A stretch of DNA of 32,288 nucleotides from Octopus bimaculoides (Eukaryota): assembly GCF_001194135.2 (NCBI RefSeq), contig NC_069006.1:9359202-9391489 (forward strand), given 5' to 3'. Shown piece after piece: positions 11,196-22,149 of this stretch. The translations under genes were made by a program, and so were the position numbers. The notes under the pieces were generated by a model. That model made no database searches. It saw nothing but the letters and a program-made list of their open reading frames with translations, and was not told where the DNA came from. The first letter of the stretch is position 1; every line of letters starts with the position of its first letter.

Positions 11196-12394
11196 AATAT
11201 CTCTGGTAATGTAAGTAAAAAAGGTAAGTGGATCCTTTTTTCAGTTTCGTCAATGAGTCTTTCATTGAATTATGATTTATATAAGTGGCTGAATACTCCA
11301 CAGACTTTAACATAATCCTCCGACAGAGATTTAGCTTGACAGTGTATGTGTGTGTGTGTGCGACAAGGCTAGCACTTAGCATTACAGGTACAGTCAATTC
11401 AGTAAGCTTCCACACAGTTTCCATCCAGTAGGCTTCAGTTGATCAGAAGCTGACCAAAGACATTTGCCTAAGGTGCCACTCCATAGGCTTGAACCATAGA
11501 CCTCATGAACGTCTTTGACACCATTCTGGTGTGTCTGCATTTATTTACATAGCGCTATCTCTGTACACACACTCATATACACATGCACGTGCTCACAAGC
11601 ATGTGCATCGGTGTGATGTTTTATATTCTTTTATTTATAAGGCATGAGCTGAGCAGTATTTCATCTGCCCTCACGTTCTAAGTTCAAACTCCATCGAGGT
11701 TGACTTTGCCTTTCATCTTTTCGGGGTCAGTACCAGTCGAGCACTGGGGTCGATGTAATCGACCTAATCCCCTCCCCCTAGCTGCCCTTGTGGCAAAAAT
11801 CTGAAATCATTATTCGTTTCTATGCTAGGCACAAGGCACAAAATTTTGGGGGATGGGGCCAGTCGATTAGATCGGCCCCACTACACAACTGGTACTTAAT
11901 TTATCGACCCCAAAAATATGAAAGGCAAAGTCAACCTCAACGAATTTGAAATCATTATTATTATTATTAAAGGTGGTAAGCTGGCAGAATCATTAGCACA
12001 CTGGCAAAATGCTTAGTGATATTTCATCTGCTGCTACGTTCAAATTCTGCTGAGTTCAAATTCTGCCAAGGTTGACTTTGCCTTTCATCCTTTCGGGATT
12101 GATTAAATAAATACCAGTTACGCACTGGGATCAATGTAATCCACTTAACCTCGCCTCAAAATCGCTGCCCTTGTCCCAAAGTGGGAAACCATTATTTGTA
12201 GGAGTGCAAATCATTGAATTCCCATAAAAGTGATGAGCTGGCTGAATCATTACTGCAGCATTTGTTCTGGTTCTTTACATCCTGAGTTCAAATCACACTG
12301 TGGTCAGCTTTGAGGAAATGAGCTCCACTGGCTTGGCAGACTAGAAAAGTATCAGCAACTTAGCTCTTAACCTTTTACCCGTCCTGTGGATCAT

Positions 12395-12890
12395 CGGATG
12401 TGGCGATACACAGGACATGTTTCATATTGCCCTGGCATCCATCATGTACAACAATTTGACAATATTTTATAAATTGCCAGGGTGATTCTGGGACTTGTGA
12501 AAGGAGGCTTTATATTTCTCAGAATGTATGAAACAAAGATAAACCAAAAGTCTGAAGAGAAGAATCAACATTTAGGACAAATTTATGAAAATGCTTTGAA
12601 CAGGCAAAGTGTTAAGATGGAGGAGAGAGATTTGGTTGCTATTTCTAGCACAAACTCTCCTCCTTGTCTCATACATAGACGCTGTTTTTTTAACCACATG
12701 CCTGTCTTCTGTATTACCACATGTGGTGATACACAGAACATATTTCCCTGCACCATACACGATACACGTTCCCAATATTTTGTGAATTGCCAGAGTAACT
12801 TTGGACTTACGAAAGGAAAGCTTTATATTAACCAAAACATAGGAAACAAGGACTAAAATCTGAAGGAAATCTTGGACATTGAGGACAAAG
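12395..12890 (-). pseudogene. Tandemly duplicated, decayed coding relic (possibly piggyBac transposase C-terminus)
   Basis: Two homologous blocks of about 180 nt lie about 320 nt apart, with a codon-biased substitution pattern in one - strand frame. The region ends at TTAACCTTTT (about 12367). Confidence 0.35.
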
Positions 12891-13786
12891 GGTTTTGGGT
12901 TCAGTTCCACAGTGTGGCGCACCTTGGTCAAGTGGTTTCTGCTATAGCCCTAGGAGAACCAGTACCTTGTGAGTGAATTTGGTTGATGGAAACTGTGTGG
13001 AAGCCCATCATATGTATGTGTGTGTCTGTTGTAACTTGACAACAGGTGTTGGTTTATTTACATCCATGTAACTTAACAGTTCAGCAAAAGAAACCAATAA
13101 AATAAGTACTGAGGTCAATTTGTTTGGCCTTCAAGGTGGTGCTCCAGCATGGCTGCAGTTCAATTACTTAAGCACATAGGAAGACAAAAGATAATCAATT
13201 GATCCTCTTCCTTGATCTGTTTCAGCCATAAGTATTCCAAAAATTCCATTACTGCTCATAGGCTGAGTACTCCACAGACATTTTGTGACTTAATGATGTA
13301 ATCTTAAGGCAGAATCAGCATAACATTGCATACAGCAGTACTGGTCCTTTACATTACTGGAAATGTCCATCTGATTGATTAAGGCTTCTCCACAGTTTCC
13401 ACTGACCTAATTTCACTGATGAGGTTTGGATCAAATTGAAGCTATGGTAGAACAATAGCCCGAGATGCCATACTTTGAAATTGAACTCTGAAATTTATGG
13501 CCGTCCTCGTTATCATTTTAACATCCACTTTTCCTGCTTGCATGGATCAGATTGAATTTGTTGAAGTGGATTTTCTGCAGCCGGATGCCCTTCCTGTCAC
13601 CAACCCTCACCTGTTTCTGAGCCAAGGTAATATTTCTCACCCTACCCCCGACAGCCAGATATGTTTCTTCACAGAAGACTGGGAATGAACCACATTGCTT
13701 TTATGACAATTAATGCTCCTTTACAACCATCTCATGATGACAAGACAACAGTACACACAAGCACACACACATATATACATGTATGC

Positions 13787-13845
<59 letters not shown>

Positions 13846-14676
13846 ACAGGCTTCTTTCAGTTTTCTGTCTATCAAATCCACTTACTCTCAAGGCTTTGGT
13901 CAGTCCATGCTAAAAGCAGAAAACACTTCCCCAAGATGCTGTGCTGTGGGACTGAACCCCAAACCACATGGTAGGAAAGCAAGCTTTTTAACCACACAGT
14001 CACACCTGCACTCTCATAAACGTATTACATACACACACACACACACACACACACATGAGTTATGATCCTGACTTAGATTCTGATTTGAACCTGCTTCTCT
14101 TGTATTCACTATCAACATGTGGTATTATTTAGAACAGTTGATTGGCAGAATGGTTGGAATGTCACACAAAATACCTTAAAAGTGTTTAATGGCCCTTAAG
14201 GTTTAGAGTTCAAGTCATACCAATGTCATCTTTTTTGGGGTTGATGAAATAAATGCCAATTAAGTATGGAGTTAATTTAATTTGCTTTACTCCTTCCCTA
14301 ATATTTCTGTCCTTGTGTCTATAAGACAATTTATTATTAATAAAGTACCTGTCAAGTATGGGGTGGGGGGTTGATATAATCAATTAACTCTTTCCTCCTA
14401 AAACTGTTGGCCTTGGGTCAAAATCTGAAACCATTATTATTGTTGTTGTTATTGCAGCGGTGAGCTGGCAGAATTGTTACCATGCTGGACAAAATGCTTA
14501 GCGACATTTCTTCTGACTCTTACATCATGAGTTCAAATGCCACTGGGGTCAACTTTGCCTTTCATTCTTTCAGGGTTGATAAAATAAAATACCAGCTGAG
14601 CACTGGGGGAGGGGATCAATGTAATCCACTATGCCCCTACCCCAAAATTTCAGGCCTTATGGCAACAGCAGAAAAG

Positions 14677-14715
<39 letters not shown>

Positions 14716-14719
14716 CCTG

Positions 14720-15900
14720 TCAATTCTTTGTCCCTGCAACCCATTTATTTATATGAAATGTTTTATAAAGGGATTACAGGATGTATTGGAGCTGTGCCGT
14801 GGGTATATAAAAAACAGGGGAAGGCAGCAAAAGAAAAAAACAATAGACAATTCTCTTTGTCTTCCTTCAGGTCTTTTGTAAGTTCAATCAAAAGTTTATT
14901 GGTCCTTCAGCAAAGAGGCGATGGGGGAGGGCTCCTCCTTTTTGCATCTGGTTTGGGATCATTCCCTTTTTCTTTTTGCCTTCCATAACACTTTGTCACT
15001 GCTCTCTCTTTTCCATTTATTCATTATCATCACAAAACTATTGAGAGATACTACTGGGAGGAAGCCCTTCCTTTGGTCTTCTTGCTCGGTGATTGTTTTT
15101 GGCTACACTTAGAGCTATGGCCTCTACTACTATGGAAAGTGAAGAGTCTTCATATTTGATGTTATTGCTGCTTCTGCTCTTGTCTGCAGCTTTCTCTTTT
15201 ACTCTGCTTTTCCTGCACCTCTGACCAGAAAGCCCTTGCATGGTTCATATAGCAACAGGGCTTTCTCCCTTCGCAGTGGGGTACAGCTCCGGAATATAGT
15301 CTTTGGGTTGGAGGTAGGTGGTCATCAGAACTTGCATATCAATACAGATTCCCCTCCAATCACAACATATTTTGTGTCACTTCTGCATTCTTTACTTGCT
15401 CAGTCTGTGCCACAAAGTTTGGACAAGCTAAGTGCCAACATCACTACTGATTTTGTGGCACCAATTTGTGGCCAGGTGTGTGTGATGCACCAACTCCACC
15501 AGTTGCTTCACCTTATCTTTAGTCTGAAATACCAAGATTACATTTCCATATGCCGTACACTGGTTGAAAGAACACACATTATGCCATATATCTTCTGGGG
15601 GTTTCTTCTCACTTTTCCTTTGAGAGAGTATAAAAACCCATTCCATTTTTAGAAAACCAAAAGTATGTTGCTCCACTCCCCTCCTTGTTCACTGCTTAGT
15701 ATATATTCTGTGGGCAAGGTAGTACTGGCCTTTGTAACATACATCTTCCAGTTCTTTTCTTTTCCAGGAGCCAATTATTAAGTTCCTCCCTCTGATTATT
15801 TCTGCATTTGTTAATGTTTAGTTTGTTTTTGTTTTATTTTTTCACCTCTCTGGCCATAATTAATACTTAATTTGCTGCTTGCACTTTTTCCTGCTCCTCC
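14720..15900 (-). mobile_element. Degenerate gag/ORF1-like retroelement relic
   Basis: About 1.1 kb of GC-richer coding-like sequence with stops and frameshifts: MAREVKK..., GRNLIIGSWKRKELED..., WRGICIDMQVL..., EGRKPCCY (decayed zinc knuckle), and a basic/Pro-rich tail. Confidence 0.4.
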
Positions 15901-16576
15901 AGAAGCAGCCACATTAAACCACATGTGTTTTAATAAAAGACAGGCCTTTTCTCTAACCCTACCCCAACCACTGTTAATGAGGGGAGATGTTCAAATGTTC
16001 TGACGTCCCTCGTTTAGAAAATTAAAGGAAGATAAAGCAACTTTCCCGTCATTAATTAAATGATGGAGAGACATGCCTACATGTTGTCAATGCACATTAA
16101 CATACAATGATGAGGAGGATGTCTGTTTCTAATTTAGTTACAAAGCCAGCAGTTTGGATGGTAGAGAGGGACAAGATGATTACCTCAATCCCTAGCACTT
16201 GGCTGGTCCTTTATTTTATCCACTCCAGAGGGGTTGAAAGGCAGAATTCAAACTGCAAATGTAAAGAACTGGAACAAATACTACAAGATATTTTTGTCTA
16301 ATGTAATAATAATAATAATAATAATAGAAGTCAAAGGCAATATCAGTAAGTTGCTGTCTTATAATTAGATGAGAACACGCACCCACACACACACAGAGTA
16401 TGTTTTATGTGTATAATTAGATGCGTGGCTGCTACTCCACAGATTATCACCATCCATTCTGATTCCAGTAAAGTGATGTAGTTATCACTATACTTAATAG
16501 TATTACTGGTTATGATATATACATACATGTGTGTGTGTGTATATGTATATCCTGGCCACAACAAGTTAGGACTTAC

Positions 16577-16614
16577 TCTCTGAAAGCCTGTAAATGGTGA
16601 TGTTCAGCAAGGTG
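16577..16614 (-). CDS. Candidate small internal exon of the - strand gene
   Basis: Pyrimidine-rich acceptor ending TTCCAAG; strong donor AGA|GTAAGT; 38 nt. Reads HLAEHHHLQAFR or STLLNITIYRLSE depending on phase. Confidence 0.5.
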
Positions 16615-17026
16615 CTTGGAAGATAATATGCAGATATGCAAAGGAAGCACTTATATACTGAACCAGGGCATGTAGACAATAGGGAATCATATTGAGACCT
16701 CAAGTTCACACGTCTGTATGTATTATTATGCATGATAAAGGCATCCCCCCTATGGAAACATTGTATTGCTGAAAATAGTGCTGTAATGTAGAATTTCATA
16801 ATGCAACACCTATTTTCCCCATTAACTTCCACATATATATATATATATATATATACACTCTCTGAGTGGTTGGCGTTAGGAAGGGCATCCAGCTGTAGAA
16901 ACTCTGCCAAATTAGATTGGAGCCTGGTGTAGCCATCTGGTTTCACCAGTCCTCAGTCAAATCGTCCAACCTATGCTAGCATGGAAAGTGGACGTTAAAC
17001 GATGATGATGATGTTGGTGATGGCTT

Positions 17027-17123
17027 GTCAGAGAGTGACCATTGGTTTCACACCTATAAAATTCTTTGCAGCACACTACTACTAAGGACTTTATTGGTGC
17101 AAAACCAACGGTCACTTTCTGAC
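17027..17123. repeat. Imperfect inverted repeat (34-bp arms, 29-nt loop)
   Basis: 17027-17060 versus the reverse complement of 17090-17123: 29/34 identical. Confidence 0.85.
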
Positions 17124-17204
17124 CACCTATAACCAACAACTTTTTAAGTACACACACACACATTCACATATATACTTAGTACAGTGCCTTAACATTTTAA
17201 TAAC

Positions 17205-17245
17205 CTGTAACACGTTTCCATTTTCCACCTGAGATGCAGGTTTGC
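17205..17245 (-). CDS. Candidate small internal exon of the - strand gene
   Basis: CCAAG acceptor and a weak CAG|GTTATT donor; 41 nt. KPASQVENGNVLQ is phase-compatible with both neighbouring candidates in one reading. Confidence 0.3.
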
Positions 17246-17354
17246 CTTGGTTGTATATGTGTAAAGAATTTTGCTTCCAACAGGACATCTTTATTAATAA
17301 GTTGACAATCAGACATTCACAGATCAAAGTTAATTACTTCATTAGTGTTCATTT

Positions 17355-17581
17355 TTAACCCTTTAGCATTCACATTTCTCCAGCAACAAATTTTATGCCT
17401 ATTTATTCACATTGTCTTTAATTAACTATGCATTATCTCATAACTTTGAGGTTCCAACGACATGATTGTTTAATTTTAGAATGACATTGTAGGGAAGGTG
17501 TGACAGGCCAGATCTGGCCACTTTGAAAATAAAACAGAATATTTGGGCCAGGTATGGCCAGTTTTAATGTCAAATGGTTAA
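17355..17581. mobile_element. piggyBac-like MITE (TTAACCCTTTAGCATT termini)
   Basis: TTAA at both ends, imperfect inverted termini; a second copy lies at 21733-21936. Confidence 0.7.
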
Positions 17582-17782
17582 AATTTTAGTAGACATATCA
17601 TTAATATATCTTTTAATTAGTTAATTAATTAACCAAAATATCACTGTAATAGACTACTATATCCATTATTGTAGTGCCTTACAATAAAATTATGCATAAG
17701 ATGTTGTTGTATTTGTCTAACTTCTCGTCTAGATTTATTCACTTTGATAAATATATCTGCATCTACTCATATCAAAGCCAAC

Positions 17783-17835
17783 CTGCCGCCTTTATACGGC
17801 AAAAAACTGTTTCCCTCTGACAGAGCCTGGCATTC
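17783..17835 (-). CDS. Candidate small internal exon of the - strand gene
   Basis: GC-richer island; donor CAG|GTTGGC; acceptor TTTGAAG, or an internal CTGTCAG. Reads NARLCQRETVFCRIKAA or GNSFLPYKGG. Confidence 0.4.
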
Positions 17836-17991
17836 CTTCAAAGTAATTGTCATTGCGATATCCCATTACGATATCCCATGATGGCATAAAAGACACACAT
17901 ATAGATGTGGGTTTGTGTATGTATATGCATACACACACACATATATATATATATATGTGCAAAGAATATTTGTATATGTGCATAAGTATAT

Positions 17992-18042
<51 letters not shown>

Positions 18043-18206
18043 TATATATTGTGTTTTATATATATATATGTATATACATATGTATGTATATACAAAGTAT
18101 GGGGTGATCTAAATGATTAGGTAAGTGCTGTAACAGATTACTGGAGTGCCAAGGTTTATAGCTGGGATGGTAGTTATGGAGCCATTGCAGATTTCCAATG
18201 TAGCGG

Positions 18207-18369
18207 ATATAAAATTGCTAAACAGGACATCAAACATTAAGGCAAGGCAAACATCTCAAGTCAAATGCAATATTATTATGAAAAGAAATTCTTCCTGTAA
18301 TAATATTGTATATGACTCGAGATGTTTGCCTTACCTCAATGTTTGATGTCCTGTTTAACAATTTTATAT
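18207..18369. repeat. 163-bp near-perfect palindrome
   Basis: 81-bp arms (18207-18287 and 18289-18369), 10 mismatches, no indels. Confidence 0.9.
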
Positions 18370-18565
18370 ATATATATATATATATATATGAAGATATATA
18401 TATATATAGATATATATGAAGCAATCAGAAGCCAATGTATATTAAGTGCTAACTCAAGGTTAGTGAACCAATAAAATATATGTATGTTTCTATATGTATT
18501 TATGAATGTGTGTGTATATATATGTATATATATATACGTGTGTGTGTGTGTCTCAAAAGTATCAC

Positions 18566-18636
18566 TCCTGGTCCCATATCCAAAGCTGGACCTCCTCCCT
18601 GAAACTAATTTCGTTCCTGACATTAAATATGAGCTG
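18566..18636 (-). CDS. Candidate small internal exon of the - strand gene
   Basis: CCCTAATTTCAG acceptor and a weak GGA|GTGATA donor. Reads QLIFNVRNEISFREEVQLWIWDQ, or TKLVSGRRSSFGYGTR from an internal AG. Confidence 0.35.
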
Positions 18637-19151
18637 CTGAAATTAGGGTGTGACTAATGCACCCGACAAGTCTTTTATGCCATCAAATGCAGAAAATTAT
18701 TGTTGCATATTTCACTTTCCCTCTTTATATTCATACCCAGAAGGGCTGATACTTTTAAGAGACTACATTTCTTCCGTCTGACCCTTAAACACATGCCCTA
18801 TCTTATGTTGACAACCATAAATAGAAAACAGTTTATCCACGGTTTTTAAAAAAAAAATTTTTCTGTATTGAAATATTTATAACATTTTTTATTTTGTTTT
18901 CTATCAACGCACAAAAGCTGTGGAGGGATGCCAGTTACCAGTGTTAATGCCTTTTGGTATTAGGGTCTATCCCTTTCTAAATTCAAATCCCACCACCGTT
19001 TTTGATTTCACTTTGTCATTCATCTCAGACCTGTAAGATAAAATACCAGGCATATACTGAGGTTTATTTAACAGAAATGCACATCTCCTCTTCCTCCTCT
19101 CTTATAAATTTGTCTTTATTAACCATTCTTATACACCAATATTTTATTCTT

Positions 19152-19991
19152 NNNNNNNNNNNNNNNNNNNNNNNNNNNNNNNNNNNNNNNNNNNNNNNNN
19201 NNNNNNNNNNNNNNNNNNNNNNNNNNNNNNNNNNNNNNNNNNNNNNNNNNNNNNNNNNNNNNNNNNNNNNNNNNNNNNNNNNNNNNNNNNNNNNNNNNNN
19301 NNNNNNNNNNNNNNNNNNNNNNNNNNNNNNNNNNNNNNNNNNNNNNNNNNNNNNNNNNNNNNNNNNNNNNNNNNNNNNNNNNNNNNNNNNNNNNNNNNNN
19401 NNNNNNNNNNNNNNNNNNNNNNNNNNNNNNNNNNNNNNNNNNNNNNNNNNNNNNNNNNNNNNNNNNNNNNNNNNNNNNNNNNNNNNNNNNNNNNNNNNNN
19501 NNNNNNNNNNNNNNNNNNNNNNNNNNNNNNNNNNNNNNNNNNNNNNNNNNNNNNNNNNNNNNNNNNNNNNNNNNNNNNNNNNNNNNNNNNNNNNNNNNNN
19601 NNNNNNNNNNNNNNNNNNNNNNNNNNNNNNNNNNNNNNNNNNNNNNNNNNNNNNNNNNNNNNNNNNNNNNNNNNNNNNNNNNNNNNNNNNNNNNNNNNNN
19701 NNNNNNNNNNNNNNNNNNNNNNNNNNNNNNNNNNNNNNNNNNNNNNNNNNNNNNNNNNNNNNNNNNNNNNNNNNNNNNNNNNNNNNNNNNNNNNNNNNNN
19801 NNNNNNNNNNNNNNNNNNNNNNNNNNNNNNNNNNNNNNNNNNNNNNNNNNNNNNNNNNNNNNNNNNNNNNNNNNNNNNNNNNNNNNNNNNNNNNNNNNNN
19901 NNNNNNNNNNNNNNNNNNNNNNNNNNNNNNNNNNNNNNNNNNNNNNNNNNNNNNNNNNNNNNNNNNNNNNNNNNNNNNNNNNNNNNNNNNN
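19152..19991. other. Assembly gap (N run)
   Basis: 840 N. Confidence 1.
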
Positions 19992-20029
19992 AGTTACTGG
20001 CCTTGTACAAAAATTTGAAATTATTATTA

Positions 20030-20226
20030 TTTAATAATAATTTGTTTCTTTCAATTAATTCTAAAAAGAATTTAGTAAAATAACTTAGTTACCATTAAGC
20101 TAGTGTTAGGAACATTAATTGTGACTAAGGTTTGGTGGAAGATTTTAATTCAGAACTTTTGAAAACAAGACATTTGTACTACAGGGCCAGAGGTGGTCTC
20201 AGCTGGGTTGGTAACGAAAGGGTTAA
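20030..20226. mobile_element. Partial piggyBac-like MITE of a different family
   Basis: Ends in GTAACGAAAGGGTTAA; the other terminus is not visible next to the gap. Confidence 0.45.
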
Positions 20227-21014
20227 AACATGGTGACAGCAGGTAGATGGGGATTGGGGATGAAATGTGGTTTTTTAGCAGCCAAGGTGGGAACATCAAG
20301 CCACCTATTGAGGGTTCAATACCAGATCACATTGATGTGTTTCTATTTCTAGTCTTCTCACTCATATATGGTCAGGTAGCAAATTACTAGAACTATCGAA
20401 GGTGGTAAGCTGGCACAATGCTTTTTGGTCTTTCGTTCATCTTTACGTTCTGAGTTCAAATTCCGCCAAGGTCAACTTTATCTTTCCTCCTTTCAGGGTG
20501 GATAAAATAAGTACCAGTTGAACACTGGGGTCGATGTAATCGACTTAGCCCCTCTCTGTGAGCTTGCTGGCCTTGTGCCAAAATATGAAACCAAATTGCT
20601 AGAATTGTCAGTTCATCAGACAGAATGTTTTGTGGTGTTTGCTCCAATTCTCTGTGCTCTGAGTTCAAACCCTGCTGAGGTCATCTTCGCTTTTTATCCA
20701 TCCTTTCATCATCACCATCATCAACCCCTGGACAATACTGTCTCAAGTCCTAGGAAGACTCACAGAGCTGTCTACCTGGCTTCCTTGGCATGACCGAGAA
20801 TGGGATGTCAGTCCATTGCAAGCTTTCTCATTTACCCAGATCAGGGCAACGTGAAATGAAGTGTTTTGCTCAAGAACACAACACACCGCCCTGTCTGGGA
20901 ATTGAACCCACGATCTTACAATGATGAATGCAGCACTAAGCCACACGCACATGTAATCATGTATATCCTAAAGGACCAAAGGTCTTGCCAGAACCCTAGG
21001 CTCATCAAGTTCAC

Positions 21015-21091
21015 CAGTTAGCTCGAGAAAACATTGCAGTTTAATGTTGTTGTTCAACACAGCTTCCAATCCCATTAGACTTTCATTCTTG
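21015..21091 (-). CDS. Candidate internal exon of the - strand gene
   Basis: Strong tract TTTTTTTTTGTCTTCCCTTATTTGGAG; donor CTG|GTGAAC (alternative donor gives exon end 20995). Encodes KNESLMGLEAVLNNNIKLQCFLELT. Confidence 0.5.
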
Positions 21092-21165
21092 CTCCAAATA
21101 AGGGAAGACAAAAAAAAAATTGTTTTCTCAGAATATAGATTTAAAGAACAAGAACTTATGTAGGG

Positions 21166-21345
21166 TATGAGAATATTCTTTTGTACTATTTTCTGGATTT
21201 CATATCTTCTAGGTTTACCCAGGGTTTTTTCAAGGAAGCCATTGACTGTTTTTCTTTATGACCCCCTAGTACTCCAGTCACAACTGGTTTCGTTTCAGGC
21301 CCCACATCCTGCTTATTTCAATTTCTACACCTTTATAGTTTGTAT
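21166..21345 (-). mobile_element. Relic C-terminus of a restriction-like-endonuclease non-LTR retrotransposon (R4/Dong/NeSL-like)
   Basis: Frameshifted YKGVEIEISRMWGLK-PVVTGVLG-IKK...LGKPRRYEIQKIV resembles the KY..L.IEI.RMW...PVV.GALG...EIQK motif. Confidence 0.55.
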
Positions 21346-21732
21346 TTCTTCTTACCCCCCTTGAGTGCTGCTCTTCTGCTAGACTGTGATATATTTCCAT
21401 GGTGAAAGTCTCTCCCTCTCTTTCTGGTACTTTGCTACCAATCACTTTCACCAATCTCATTACTTGCCACTGCTAATGCTACCACTACTACTACCACCAC
21501 TACTAACTACTGCCCGATATTGCTGTGGTCTTGGGAGCTCTTTCACTATTTCTCATCTGCCCATTCTTCTAAATCCTCTCTTTTATAACTCTAATATATT
21601 CACAGCTACAACTTCTACTGTTTGTTGAGGTTAGGCTTTTGCCCACCTGCTTATTGTTAGCAACAATGAAATGCATTGCTCTTTCACTCAATAATAATAA
21701 TAATAATAATAATATCATTTGTAATATAGGCA

Positions 21733-21936
21733 TAACCCTTTAGCATTCAGATTCCTTTGTCAAATGTAATCCGTATTTATTTACATTGTTCTGAATTAAT
21801 CATGCATTATCTTGTAGCTTTAAGGTTTTCCTGATCCTCGTAGGGTCGGTGTGAGAGATTGGATCTGGACAGTTTGACTATAAAACAAGTATGGTATTTG
21901 GGCTGAATGTGGCCAGCTTAGATGTTAAAGGGCTAA
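21733..21936. mobile_element. piggyBac-like MITE, second copy
   Basis: Aligns along its length with 17355-17581; termini TAACCCTTTAGCATT and GATGTTAAAGGGCTAA. Confidence 0.65.
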
Positions 21937-22149
21937 GGCCAGAAATTTGGGGGTGAGAGTTTAGTCAATTACATCGAGTCCCACCCACCCCCTTGTATTT
22001 GGCAGGTGTTTTATTCTGTTATCCCCTCAATGGATAAAAGGCAAAAGGATCCCGATCAAATACAAGGTATTTTTGCCTGATGCTCTTGCAGTTCTACATT
22101 GATGGTGGTGGTGACGATGGTGATAAATTTCTTTTGGACAAATTACAAA

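Noticed and set aside
10780-11424. Cluster of ORFs rich in H/T/Y/I/C/V (also at 13661-14065, 17792-18112 and elsewhere)
   Set aside because: These are translations of (CA)n/(TA)n microsatellites.
12811-12859. Exon-like segment on the - strand with a good acceptor and GTAAGT donor
   Set aside because: Its phase (0-1) does not fit the upstream candidate exon, and homology with the duplicate extends across both splice sites while the duplicate lacks the GT.
15743-15791. 49-nt segment (GRNLIIGSWKRKELED) that would link the - strand exons in phase 2-0
   Set aside because: The acceptor is purine-rich with no pyrimidine tract, and the frame continues on both sides as part of the retroelement relic.
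19002-20018. The longest ORFs in the track (338 aa and 288 aa), plus those at 27363-27623
   Set aside because: They are runs of N translated as X (assembly gaps).
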